The notes under the pieces are model-generated. The model made no database searches, was not told the origin of the DNA, and worked only from the letters and a program-made list of their open reading frames with translations. Of a stretch of DNA of 64,000 bases, positions 30,695-44,220 are shown in pieces (within the stretch, counting starts at the first letter, position 1; every line of letters begins with the position of its first letter). The position numbers and the translations under genes were made by a program. This stretch comes from Vermamoeba vermiformis (lineage: Eukaryota), in contig JBEWZL010000126.1 in the NCBI GenBank assembly GCA_045837725.1, positions 310,001 through 374,000 on the forward strand, written 5' to 3'.

Positions 30695-31941
30695 ATGGAC
30701 AACGGAGCTTCTTCACAATCCCAAGAGGATTCAGCAAAAATTTTATTCGAGCAATTCCCTCATGAAATTAACATGATAATTTTAAATTTACTAGATGCCG
30801 AAACGCTACTCAAGTAAGCAAATTTCGATAATAACAAATTCTAAAAATCATATAATAATATGCAGTAATTTTCGATAGGACTTCGGGCACCTGTAAGCGG
30901 TGGTTAAATAATACAAAATATTTGGAACATTTACGTCTTTGTTTGACGAGAAAGTCCATTCTCGAGACTGTTGGTAATTCACGATTCATGAAAAGACCGC
31001 GAAGGCAGCTAGCGAAAATTAACTGGCAGCCTTTGGATGCGACTTTGCATAGGTTCAATCCGGAACGTCTGAGATCACTAAGTTTTCATCCTGATCTCCA
31101 ACAAAACAACGATATTGTGAACAGTAAGTATAATATAATGTCTGATAGTGTCGGTGTTGCTAAACATAATTTTAATTTAACTTTTTCAGATTTCGTTTCT
31201 CGCGCAACCAACATTACCAAATTGACATTATACTCTGCGCATTATATGGACGCGGTGTTAAAGCTGCCTCAAGAACATTTAAAGGAGATTAGCCTTGGTA
31301 TTACGTTCGACGAAAGGCTCACTCGATTTACTAATTTGGAAAGACTCAGATTTCTCGTACGACACTCTCATTACGAACAACAGAATATTCAGCAAATAGC
31401 AAATTTCAAGCATTTGAAAGCGTTGTCTATTCATGGCGCTGCTCAAACTTATATTGACTTGGAGCAAATTGCGCAGTTGAACAATTTAAAAGAACTGCAC
31501 TTGGACTATGCTTACTTCACTGACGACCAATTTGCGGTGTTATCGAGATTAACTAATTTGGAAAAGTTGGAGATGCCGTACTTGCGAAAAGAAATTCCTA
31601 CCGACGACTCCCAGTTGGACATGTCCGAGGTGATTATGCCCGAAATAGGCAATGATAATCCGGTCCGTGGGTTGCGTCATTTGACTAATTTGGTGAATTT
31701 GACATATTTGGATATTTCAAACGTGCAAAGGACGTACCGCTGGGGAAATGGAAACGTGCAAGAAGGATACGACATTGCTGATCTGGTCTTGAATCACTTT
31801 TCCAAGTTGAAAACGATCGATATATCTGGCACGAAGTTATCAAAAGCGCAAAGAGAAAAGTTGAAGGCAATTTCGTGGTTAACTGTGATTGATGTCAAAG
31901 ATCGACTCGGTTTGGGGGATAGTGATGACGATAATGAATAA
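30695..31941 (+). CDS. F-box/LRR protein
   Basis: FPHEINMIILNLLDAETLLKTSGTCKRW followed by LRRs (LNNLKELHL, LTNLEKLEM, LTYLDISN). Confidence 0.85.
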
Positions 31942-32280
31942 AGAGCGTACTTCTCTTTTGATGAATATCTATATAACTGTATTATTACAACATTGATGAA
32001 CTTTCAGCAAAGCGTAAATTGCACATCCGGCCCTCTGTTTACAGTTCGTTTTGTTTCAAGTATGGAACTATGTGTAGGATCGAAACCATTAATGTTCAAA
32101 GTTACGATGGTTTGTTCAAGTCTTGCCGTTGCTTCAAATCTGCAGAAGAATTGACGGCGAGTTTTTTGACGAACAAACGCACGTTTATTTAAAACTACGG
32201 ATAATACTACTACCACTGAGGGCATTTAGGTGTATATAAATATACATCCTTACTTTGTATTTAAACCCCGGAATGCAAGT

Positions 32281-34917
32281 ATGGAAGCGTTAGCAAAAGC
32301 TACCACGCAAGAAGATTTTGATTTCGAATTAAGCTGCCTTATAGAAGACTATGCCGAGCCACCTTATAAAGAAGATATACTGCAATGCACTTTAAACGTG
32401 AGCTGAATTATTTTGATTTTTAATTATTTTTACTTACATTTTAAATTTATTAGGCGACCCTTTGTTGTAATTGGAAAAGTGCCAAATACTGTGCAATAAT
32501 TTATATGGCTTATTATTATCATTATGATGACAAAGAGATCAGCGTAGAGTCGGCAACAGAGTATCTCCGTAGTTGCAGCAAATTTGAATCAGGATTTTCA
32601 TGGGCAGAATTTTACGGTAATTTATCATAAAATACTCATAGATTATTAAGTAATTATTTTCTGGCGCAGATGACATGATCCGGGCGACTAAACGACAGAA
32701 CAGACCCTTCGATCCGATTCTCAAATCAATATATTGTGAACTTCGAGATGGTAATCAATTGACCTTAATCGATAGCATTCAATACCCGCGAACTTTTAAT
32801 TTCGCGCTGAAACTGGGTGCCGATCTGGATCAAGTCCTCTACCACATTATAGCCGATAAAAAGATCAAAAGAGTGAAAAAGATCAGCTTGATCGAAGGAT
32901 TAAAAAGGAATTCAGCGCTGACACTCTCTTGCGGATCTGATCGACCTCCCGCACCAATTTTGTGCATCGAGCTCAGACAAAATTATTTATTTAAATATTT
33001 TACTGATTTGGAAGGCATAGAAGAAGGTAAGCACATGTTTATATGGATAGAGCGATTAATCGTTATATTTCAGTTGTGGATCTGAACGGCGAATGTTTAC
33101 TGACGTTTCTATGCCGGAAATGTCCGTTCGCAAAGTATTTTCGGTATTTCAACGCTAAACAATATGCATCAATGCTAATTAAAGCGTAAGAACTATTTTT
33201 TAGGTCTTTTATACGTTCTCTAACGATAGATGCAGAAGCCCGAATAACTCACGAGGGATTGATTCATTAATGGCGCTTATGTCTCTGGCTTACAATGACA
33301 CTTCGAGTAATAATATGATTACTGCGCAATACACTTGCCTTCTTCTTACTAATCATAGGAGTGTAGATATATCCAAAGCAATAGAAAGTCTGCATTCGAG
33401 TGGAAAACTGACCATTGAAGAAGCGGACAATTATTTGGCAAAGATTGGGACGGAGACGATAACGCAGAAAATAACGGAAATAGCAAAACAAAAAGAATTG
33501 GAGCGTCAACGAGAGCTGGAGAGGGCACATATGGCAAAATTAATCAAGAAGTTGGATAACGCAGGTGGATCCGAGATCAGGGAGGAAATTTGGGCTGACA
33601 GCGGATCCAGCTTCAACTTAGCTCATTTACCCCAAGAAATATTAGAGACCATAGTAGAAGATTTAGACTATGCATCTATTCGAAGTATATTTTGCACCTC
33701 GAAGGCAATGCCAGAAGCACGCTCCATACTCAGATCTAATTTTTATCGAAACACAATGAGAAGACATTTTCTGCCTGCATATTGTACGCTATTAGATAGC
33801 AAAGAAGAGCTTGATTGGTCAAAAGAATTCTACGGCCGCTGCAGGTGAGTTCCAAAAAAATTCAAATTTCGTCGATGAAACGATTGATTGACATTGCCTG
33901 CAGAAAAGTCAATTCCTGGAAAAAAGGAGATTTTGAACGCGAGATATTGCCGTTATGGAGTTCTGCATCGAATTTTATCGAGGCAATGGATGAAAATTGG
34001 ATCGTGACAGCTAATTTTCAAAGTTTCGAATCTGAAGGAGTGCAAAGTGCAAGTATCCGATTTTACGACTTGCATAATGAGAAAGTCATTCAAAGAATTT
34101 ATCCTCACCAAGTGTTTGTGGAAGGAAGGTGTGATTTCCTCGAATCACGTCCCGGCGAATTACCGACCCTGATCTCCTTCGACCACGCGACCTACAAAAT
34201 TATACGGCCGAATGAAGCATGCATGGTGTCATCAACAATGAGCAATTATGTTACAGTAGTTGACAGAACTAGTGCAATTTTTGGCAGCAGTACGTACGCC
34301 CGCAACTTTTTTTTGCTTTTTTTCTTCTAATTAGACTTATTTTATTAGTGCCGATTAAAAAAGATATTGAGACGGAAAAATTAATATGCAAGTCAGATAT
34401 TCATATTTACAGTGCCAAGTACAATAAGAACAACAAAATGACAGTCGCACTGTCGAACGATAAAGAATTGATCTTTATGGACGAACATCTTCAAGAACGC
34501 GCTAAACTGAAGTTCAAGTCTCTATGCGAAATTGATTTACAAGACCCAAAATTGACTTGGATTGACGAGTTCACTGTAATGATTGGGCAAAATTTTGTTT
34601 TATTTGACATTCGCACGATGAGCAAATTATGCAGCTTGCCATACACGGTAAAATAACGAAATTTTAAATATCAAAGTATTTATGAAAGCTAATAATGGGA
34701 TTATTTATAGGTGCAGTATATTGGTGCTGGACTGGGGTTAGGTGTGACGGGTGGAAATGAAGCGCAGATCTGGGACTTTAAACGCATGGAACTGATTCGT
34801 AGCACGCAATTAGACCCTGCCTATGAGATGGATAACAGATTTCTATGTAACTCCGGCCACGCACTATTTATGAATTGGTACCAAATAGAGCAACGTTCAT
34901 TATGGAAATTTCGTTAA
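32281..34917 (+). CDS. F-box protein with a helical/ankyrin-like N-terminus and a WD40-like C-terminus
   Basis: Internal F-box LAHLPQEILETIVEDLD; blade ends IRFYDL, LFDIRT, QIWDFK. The 5' exons were checked in frame. Confidence 0.7.
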
Positions 34918-35184
34918 TAATAAACTGCTCTAATAACCTACCTAATTTTTTCTTCGTTGCGGGGATCGTTTGTTTCTTATTTATTTGGCTCTCACGAGCA
35001 CGCTCAATCGCCTTAACCACTATTCACCTCTAATTTTGTGATTGATTTCGATAGAAATTTCTCAAAATCCAATTAAACTATTGGCCGACTATTTTTAAAA
35101 TAGACCAATACCAATAGGAATTTACCGACACCCTAGAAAAGCTTCAAATTGAAAGTCGAGAGCACAATGATGGTAATATAAGTG

Positions 35185-35912
35185 ATGGAAGGTATTAAAT
35201 TAATTATCGTGGGAGCTCCTAATGTGGGTAAAACAGCGTTTGTAGTATGTGCCTCAGAATTCCGATTCAATTATTTTATTTAATTCGCTATTAATTAGAT
35301 TCAGTGCTGTTATGGGGTATTTATTGACGTAAGTAGATTATAGGCATTAATAATTAATTCATAATTAATTGAAGTTAATTTTAGAATTACGATCCGACAA
35401 TTTCGGATAGCTACCGAAAAATCTATGATATAGACAAGCAGTCAGTTATGGTTGAATTTTTGGATATTTCATTGCAAGTAAGTAATTAATTTTACCGGAT
35501 CAACTTTAACGTTTTTTAAAGATGATGAAGCATGAAAGAATTGCTTTACAAACAGTGCGATGGAGCATTAATATTATATTCAATAACCGATTACGAGAGC
35601 TTTTCAGACGTACCAAAGATTATCAATGACATCAACGAAGTTCGAAAAAATTGCGATCTCCACCCACCGCCAATGTTAATTTTTGCGAACAAATGTGATT
35701 TGATCGATCAAAAAAAAGTTAGTTCAGAGCACGCAAAAGAATTAGAACGAGAATTGAATATATCGGTCATTGAAGGATCCAACAAACAAAACGAAGTTGT
35801 CAGCGAGGCGGTTAAGACTCTAGCGAGGATGATTATAAAAGTTCGTGATGAAAATGGAGACAGAGATGTGGTTGATCGACCCACAAGAAGAAGGCGATGT
35901 ATAATATTGTAG
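35185..35912 (+). CDS. Divergent Ras-family GTPase (apparent frame break at ~35521-35531)
   Basis: GAPNVGKT, YDPTISDSYRK, NKCDL, RRRRCIIL*. G3 motif reads LDISLQ. Confidence 0.8.
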
Positions 35913-36139
35913 TATTGTCAGACTTATTGCTTTAAAAATTACTTGACGAAATTGTTTAAACGTTTAATAACAGCGTTGTAATTGTAAGTCAACTCTTTCG
36001 CGATATGCATTTTCACTATTAGTGAAACATCCTTTAGCAAAACAAAAGAGTTTGTGTGAAATTTCGTGAAGCCCAGAAAAACAAACGGTTTACTTGATGT
36101 CCTATTAAAGCCACACGATAAGAAATTTACACGAGCCTG

Positions 36140-37961
36140 TTAGAACATAGCAAACACAGCTACCAAAGAGAGCAGCACGACGACACTCGACTTGGCCGTT
36201 GATGCAGCTGAAACGGATGTGAGCAGGGGAAGAAGCAGCCTCGGCACAAGCAGTGAAGGCAGTTTCTTTGACCAAACAACCGTTGTACCACAGCTGATGT
36301 TTCACTGCTCCAACACCGTTCGTCACACTCAGTGTGGTTGCTGTTTGAGCTTGGAACAACGGCGAGATCAGCTGCAGCGAGAACAACGCGATGAGTGAAG
36401 CCTGACGTGAAGTCATCTGAAGCGTAAGACTCGTCAGATCCGTTCGATAAAAGGTGAAAGGTCAACGTATGACAAATGAACCATAATTATTGGAGTTTTT
36501 TAGTATGAAATTTCGTCGAAAATGATGGTTGATGTTTGACAAGAATGAACGATTTTACTGCGATAGTTACCTCTCGTAGTAGTCACGCTGACAGTAAAGT
36601 CAGAAGTAGTAGCGCTGTTCGAGCACGAAGCAGGAGGATTGACAGTCACAGTCACGTCCGGCCCCAACACTGCTTGACACGCACCCCAGTTGACAATTTG
36701 AGACAGCTGATCTGCGTTCAAGCCGTGGAAAATCTCTGCGGGCTCGTTATCGACCCACGCAGCTCTCGCGAGCATTTGAGTTGTGTTGCGTGAGAAGCCG
36801 TAGACTATCATTATAGCCTGAGTCTCGCCGGGCTTGATTTGACTGTGATAAATTACGCCTCCGACGCCGTCGGGGTGATCGTTGTCCACGTAAATAGCGC
36901 TGAGTTTTGTGCGAGAGTTAGGACCTAGTCATATTGTCAATAATCAAAACTGATAACGCTAAAACGCAATTTGCAAATCAATTAACTTACTACGAGCGTG
37001 AGTAGCAGTCAGAGTTTTGTTGTAATTTTTTCTGTCTTCAGGTTTTGGATCACCAGCATCATTTTCCAACCAAGGATAGCTTCATATTTGGCGTGAGTAT
37101 AGGTTATAGGATCGTAAGATACGATGAAATGAACTTACCCTGCCATATAGCGACCTTCATTGGGCGGTGAAATGTCCACCGGATTTCGATCCTGAACGTA
37201 ATTCGTTTGATGAAGATACAGCCGTTCATCTTTGTTGCCCTTGTTGGTGACGAATACAATTTCGCGCATGTAGCTGGTTGCTAATATAACAAAAGTTAGG
37301 ACCAATTGAATTTCCTGATCCGGATTTAAAGAAAAAAATACTTACTACTTGGAACGCTCCATTGAATATAGACTTCGAGGTTAGGATATTGACCACGGAG
37401 GTTAACGTCCGAATTTCTAAAGTCCGGATACCCAGGACCCCACATAATGGTCTGGTTATTGTTCGAGCAAACGTTGCTAGCGGTAGGAACGTACTCATCG
37501 CTGAAATTCGTTCCATTGTGACCACCAATTACTGGAATTCCTATAGCGTAAACGATGAGCGCATTTGGATATTACAAAATGAATTTTGGGGCATTTACCG
37601 TTGATGTAGATCGGCGAGAAGGAATTGTACAAGTAATTAGTTTCATAGTTTGTGAAAGTCCATAAGTCAGTGGTTATGCTGTTCGAGCAGCAGCTACTCC
37701 AGCGAGAGCCCAATGGTACCAAATAAGAAGTTTGCTAAAAATAATTGATGAGATCGAGGCTGAAAAAATTAGTATTATTCCTATTCTCTCTGGATCTATA
37801 CGTACAACGCTATTTGTGAGATCATCTTCGACACCAAAGTTAAAGTAAACTAGATATTGGTTGCCAATCTCTGTGTCATTTGGGCGAAAGTTGTAACACT
37901 CGTTTGTTGCAGTAGTAACTGCAACGATAAGTAACGCCACGAATATAACGCAGAGACGCAT
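36140..37961 (-). CDS. Secreted, probably GPI-anchored protein (frame break near the 3' end)
   Basis: Signal peptide MRLCVIFVALLIVAVTTA and in-frame middle exons. A GPI-like tail (SAASTAKSSVVVLLSLVAVFAMF*) lies in a shifted frame. Confidence 0.65.
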
Positions 37962-38249
37962 GTTGTTGTTGCAAATATAATGGCAGTAATAATAGTTGAA
38001 AAAATCAACGCGCTGTTCTGTTACGGTCGTGTCTCGTAGAATCACATGGGACAGGACAGACACGTGACAAGGGCTTAGCTTTCAAACAATGCCTGCGCTC
38101 AAATTAGGCATGAATTTCTGGCGTCAAGAAATTATTTGGAAATTATTTTCAATCGGGAGTCCAGTTTACGACGTACCAAAAATGAAGATCTTGCTCGGAG
38201 AAAGGAAAGAACAATTGTATCGCAACAAACGACCACAGTTGCACTAACT

Positions 38250-39992
38250 ATGGTTCTTCTAAATAATGTTGCATTCTTTATGTGCCTAGCGGTTGTTGGG
38301 GTCACTGTGTCAGTTGCATCCTCGTCGCCTGTGTTTCCAGTTTGGGTTGAAGGAAATGATTCTGGCTTCTTGCCAAGTGAAAGAGTATACCACGATATAA
38401 TACAAGATTCTAAAGGCGATTTATGGCTATTCGGTGGATCTGGTAAGCAAGAAAAATTAATTACAAATCTAGATTCGTCAAGATCAATCTAAAACGACGT
38501 CATTATGTCTGTATGGCTTACAAATAATCGTAATAATATTTCTTATAGATTTAAATACTATATTATTAAGTCTGAACCAATTACTGACATGCATCTCCGT
38601 TTTAGCCGCCAATAATTCAGGAGTGCTTGGTGATCTCTACAAAATGGACGTAAGAAATAATTATACGTGGGCATTTGTGGATACATCAGCGAGTTTTGAA
38701 GTTCCTTCTCCTCGCAGAGATTTTTGTTGGTCGATCGACAAAAACGACAATATTTTTCTGTACGGCGGGAGTTCCACAGATTCTTATAGCGCAGATAAGC
38801 CTGTATTTGGCGACTTATGGATGTTCAATACTTCCTCGCTGACCTGGACTCAACTACGAAACTCTTCAGCTTTCAATCTGGATGGACGTAATTCGCCGGG
38901 TGTTGGATCCGCTCAAAGTCATCCAGGTACCAGAGTATTAATGACGTGTTGGTTTAATGACGATACGAATACGTTTTGGATCTATGGAGGCTACTTTTAT
39001 TTTTCTAACTACGGCGATGTGTGGTCTTACTCGATCGATTCTGGGATCTGGTCGTGGACTTCAGGCAAATTAGGAACAGATTTTTATGCAGACTCGGACG
39101 TACAGATAGGTGTTCCATATACTGATAAGTTCCCTGGCGCTGTAGTTCAATCTTCATCTACGAAAGATCCGGATGGCAACGTTTGGTACGTACCAATTTC
39201 TTTTTATGGAGTTACGAGTTTAGTGTATGCTAATATTTCCTTTTTAGGATATATGGTGGTTGGTTAGTTAACAACTATTGCAATCAATTATGGAGATTTA
39301 AAATGTCAACTCTCGAGTGGACTTTCTTCGGTGGAAATTTCACCAAAGAAAACTTAGAAACGGTCCGATTTTACGGCGTATATAACGAGATTGGCACCTT
39401 CTCTGCGGAAAATCATCCGCCCGCGATGTTGTATGGCGCGTTAGTGTACGCCGGTGATGGAAAGTTGGCACTGCTCACGAACACGTTTATGACCAACAAG
39501 CGTTACATGAGTCAGAATCTATGGCACTATAATATAGCGACTAACGAATGGGCGGTGATGTTTGTTGTAGTCAATGATACGAGCTATGACGTTGCACCGA
39601 ACCGTGGAACCTTTCAAAAAGTAGATCCCACAGCAAATATTGGTCAGCGTGTTGGTTGGGGCCGAAGTAGGACAATAGGCAATATATGGGTCGCTAGGGG
39701 TACCGATACAGTCACTTCTTTGGCTCCCACTGATACGCTCGTCTTTCCCGTGACACTTTGCTCGACGGATCTGTCGCCTTGTTCAGTCAACGCAGATTGC
39801 ACGGATCATATTGGATGGGCTGAATGTGTTTGCAAAGAAGGATATGAAGGCGATGGTAGGACTTGTAACCAGATCTCAGGGCCGCAAAGTAATAACGGTC
39901 CATCGAAAACTCCGATCAAAGCAAACAACGCCGCGAAGTTGTATGGTGCAGCAATGGCTTGCTTGTCAGCTATTGGTGCATTTTTAACATAA
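38250..39992 (+). CDS. Kelch-repeat + EGF GPI-anchored surface protein
   Basis: Signal peptide, LWLFGG/FLYGG/WIYGG kelch motifs, CSVNADC..CVCKEGYEGDGRTC, hydrophobic C-terminus. Confidence 0.85.
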
Positions 39993-40201
39993 CAAAGATA
40001 AACGTATAAATTGTAAAGATTAGCTGTTATTTCGGGCAGGGCGGGAACCCGAATTATTTTTCTCGGAATTTCTCATCGGCCACAAGGCGGTGCTCGAGAT
40101 TCTTTTACCCGTGTGCTATCATTATCTTGATCGATTGCCCGAGGCAACTACACGCAAGCCAAAGTAACCTGCATTTTTGACAATCTTTCTACGTTGGAAT
40201 C

Positions 40202-41361
40202 ATGGCTTCTTGGTAAGTGCTCGAGTTCCCTTCCTATTACTTATGCAACGAATGTAACCAATAAATTTAGGGTAAATGAGGTGCTTAATATTGGTAGCAA
40301 AGGGCTCAAAACTGTTGAAGACTATGAGAAACAATTTGATCTGATCGCAGAAAAATTGCTAAACGAATGCAGCTTACAAATTAACGACAGGTATTAACGA
40401 ATACTCCATAATATATATTTTTACTATTTATGACTTAACGATCCAATCCTAATTTTTCTATTTATTTTTCAAAGACCGCACAGATTCATCGAAATTGAAT
40501 TCTACTACACTGATGCCATTCACGCGGATCCTTTCACTCATAAATATAAGGACCAACAAACATGCGGTCAATGGTACTTCCATAAGATAGGCTCGCAATA
40601 CAAAGGAGGAACTTACAAAGGATTGGATATCACCTGTGGTTCACCAAACGTAAGGCAATAAGATATTAATATTATATTTACTATATTTTCTTTAACCTGG
40701 TATCTTTGAATCAATGCCAAGGTCGATCCCGCCAAAATTCCAATTTTGATCCATTCATTTTTGACGCTTCTAACGCTCGTAATATTATGTATAGGCATAT
40801 GGCGGTATATTAATTAGAGGCATTCAAGATTTGGAGACCGGTGAGATCAAAGACGGCTCGTGCGTCTGTGTGGATCACATCTTGCAACTCAACAATGTTG
40901 ACTCGATCAAAGACCTTACAATGCTCAAAACATTCAATTTTAATGTTACTGGCGGAAATGCCAATCGTATTGTGCCTAATACCAATATGCCTAAAGTGGA
41001 TGTCGTCAAATCCGCTCGTGTTGGTTTGAACATGAAGAAAAAAGAAGACAATCAAACGGAATACGTTATGAAGCCTTATCGATATTTGGCTTATCCGACA
41101 TATACCAAAAAAGGCAAGATCCACATCGCGTTAACGTTGCACATGCAAGGCAAAACTCCGCAGCAGATCCAACAAGCAACCGGCTCTCCTTTAAGCTCTA
41201 TTAGCACTTGGATCGATTTATATCAAAAAGGCTATAATACGAATATCACCAATTATGTTAATATGGCTTTGGACAATGAAAGTCTATGCCAAGCGATGGG
41301 TGCATGGGCTAAACAATACTACAAAGCGAATAATAACAGCGCTCCGAAATCTGCGCCTAAA
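40202..41361 (+). CDS. 3-methyladenine DNA glycosylase (AAG/MPG)-fold-like domain; probably the 5' part of a fusion
   Basis: HRFIEIEFYY..HADPFTH..GQWYFH..GGTYKGLDITCG..GGILIRGI..SARVGL..KPYRY; the reading frame runs into a splice donor at 41362. Confidence 0.7.
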
Positions 41362-41566
41362 GTAAGATTTAATAATATTATAGTAAAAATCATCATAATA
41401 ATGTTTCTAATGTGAATTTCTGAACTAACTGGATGTGCTATTTTGTAGGAAATTGTTATCGCTTCAACTCTTGAAGAGTTATTGAAGATAACCTATTGGT
41501 GTAAGTAATATATATACATTATACTAGAGAGACGATTAGCAACATTATTAATTGATCAATTTTCAG

Positions 41567-43349
41567 ATGGAACAAAATCTGCCGCAGTTCCGATCAATGC
41601 TGAATCAACTTCGCATGCACCTCAATTCTTACAACGAAGCTGATGCATTGAGTGCCCTGACTACGTTCAGAAGATTTTTGTCACGTAAGTCCTGCGTCAT
41701 TAATGGAACGTGATAATCTGAACGATTTTTTTCAGTCGACTTGCAAAATTGCTCCCGTTCAGGACGTGTATGAGGCAGGACTCATTCCTAAATTCGTAGA
41801 ATTGCTTCGTAAAGCCGAAAATCCAGCAATGCAGGTACGGATCTGCAGATCCAATTCATGAATTTAACAGAGAGTTTAATATTAACGTTATTTTAGACCG
41901 AAGCTGCTTGGGCATTGACAAATATCGCATGTTCTCCAAAGTTTGATCATATTCAAGCGATCTTCGATGCAGATGTGTTTGCACTAGTGATCCAGTTACT
42001 TTCATCGAGCCACGAAAGTGTGTATGATCAAGCGTTATGGCTCATCGCTAATTTACTCGGATTTGTTGACGAGCCTGAAAACGAGAAGAAAGTGATGCAA
42101 GTAAGTTGACAGCACTTTTTCTAAATTTGGAAAGGAAGGAGGAAAACAAAATGTGGGCTGGAAAAGTGCGAAATTTCATACTTTTCCCGTCAGGAGGCTT
42201 TTCCCTTCCTTAAAAATCAACATTTTAAATTTTTGCAATGATTGACGTTTTATCACAGTACCGCAAGAAGTTCATCGAATTGGATATTATTCCAGTCCTA
42301 TGTCAAATGGGTCAAGCGGAACAAAAGACTTCAGTAGCTGCTAATATTGCGTGGGCACTGGATAATGTTCTGCGTGGCGCTGAATTTGTGCCGCAATCGC
42401 AAGCCCTGGCTGTGTTGCCTATTTTGGCTAAACTGCTCCAAGTTGCCCATCCAGAAGCGACTTCGTACAGTGCCATGGCTGTTGCCCGGTTGGTTGCAAA
42501 ACACGACGAGACAATTATTCAACGCGTGCTTGATATCGACGAGTTAACGAAATCATTAATTAATTTACTTTGGTACGTATCAAAGCTGACAATCTTAGGA
42601 CAAATCAATTATCGGCAAATCTTTTTCGGTTTTTTAATTATAATTACTCTGGATGAAAATGAAGTTTAAAAATAAGATAGATAGATAATATTGTTCGCTA
42701 TGCTTTCACCCGATTGATTCTATTTCTGTACTAATTTGTTTGTAATTGTAGCTCGAGCGACAAACATACCAAAAACAATGCCAGCAAAGCTTTGGCGAAT
42801 CTGACAGGAGGGACGCCACAACAAGTACTTGCACTGCTAAACCAAGACTTGTTACCGAAACTGTTCGAAGCTGTTGGTGATGGCGACCCGTCGAAATTAT
42901 TCGTAGAAAATACTGCAAAGATTTTAGAGCACGTGACTTTAGCAGCGGACGAGACCATCCTCGGAATGGTTATTGACGTCGGAATTTTTTCAATTGAGCA
43001 AATTGTTCCGTCGATCGCTAACTTGCCGAACTATATTTGGGCATTATCAAACGCTACATTTGCAGCCAACGAACATCAGCTCGATTATTTCGTTGCAAGA
43101 GATATTCACAAGCAATTAGGCACAGCGTTATGTGAAAATCCTCAAGTTGCTAAAGACAAAGATTTTCACGTGGCTATTCTCGAAGGTCTTGAAAACCTTC
43201 TCCGACGAGCTCCTAAAGCGGCAAAAACTCTGCCAGCAGCTGTCAAGAAACATCTCCAACAACAAACTTCACACTCTGATGCAGATATTCAAGCGTTGGC
43301 TACGACACTTGTACAATTAATTGACCACACCGCAGTTACTAGGAAATGA
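41567..43349 (+). CDS. Importin-alpha-like ARM repeats, no IBB domain seen (+1 break at ~41750)
   Basis: FRRFLS..APVQDVYEAGLIPKFVELL, QTEAAWALTNIA, DQALWLIANL, WALSNAT, ILEGLENLL. Confidence 0.8.
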
Positions 43350-43370
43350 CGTAAGCAGCATTAATTAAAT

Positions 43371-44030
43371 TAGTGCTGCAGCAGGATAACTCCGAAGCTA
43401 AGATCCTAAACGTGTCACTCCACAACCACTACAATAGAACTGATAAAAAGTTGCTGAATTTATGCTTCAAAGAAAAATGTAGCGGAAGGGACGCCAGACC
43501 CGCAAAAAGTATTTTGCATGCCTTCGGGCAAAGCGCGGAATGGCCGCCAGAAACGCCAGACAGCCAAAAGAGAAATCGCCCCCCCGCGAATGAACGGAGA
43601 AATCTCCCAGCGCAAAGGAAAACAAAAAAAGAAGTTGGTATAGTAGATACACGCGGTTTGGAGAGAGGGGAGGGAAAAAGAAAAGAGGGGAGAGGAGTGT
43701 GTGGGGGGGGAAAAAGAATAAAGGTGGTTAATATAGAGGAGGAGAAAGGAAAAAAAAAGGAAGAAGGCTAAAAAGAAAAAAAAAAAAAGAGGCACTACCA
43801 CCCGGGTCGAGGAGAGGAAGTAGGAGAAGAAAGGTGGAGGGAGCGGGGCCTTGTGGGGGTGGTGAAGAGGGGGGGGGGAAAGAGAGGGGGGGAGCGGGGA
43901 AGGAGGTGGATCGGTGTTGACGGGGGGGCGGGTAGTGTGCAGCAGGAAACTCCGAAGCTAAGATCCTTAACGTCTCACTCCACAACCACTACAACAGAAC
44001 AATTGCTGATATAAAGTTGCGGAATTAAGC
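43371..44030. repeat. ~95-bp direct repeat flanking a purine-rich low-complexity tract
   Basis: gcagcagga(t)aactccgaagctaagatcct..cactccacaaccactacaa at ~43371-43465 and ~43933-44030, with G/A homopolymer runs in between. Confidence 0.85.
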
Positions 44031-44220
44031 CCACTAGAAAACAAAATTTGTTCGTACGAATTCGCTGTTTACCTCAAAAATAAAGGCTATGGCTGCGTAT
44101 GAGTTAATAATCCCGGTCAAAATTTTCGTTAAATCCGCGTTGTCGTGAGTCTATTTTAAAATGAATACAGTCTAGTGATAAAAACCATTTATTCGATCAT
44201 AAGCAATCGTAGTGCAGATC

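Noticed and set aside
33130-33270. Apparent frameshift in the F-box/WD gene
   Set aside because: Resolved by an intron at 33186-33229 (gc|gtaag...gatag|a).
43373-43985. ORFs across the low-complexity tract
   Set aside because: Compositional artefacts of homopolymer runs.
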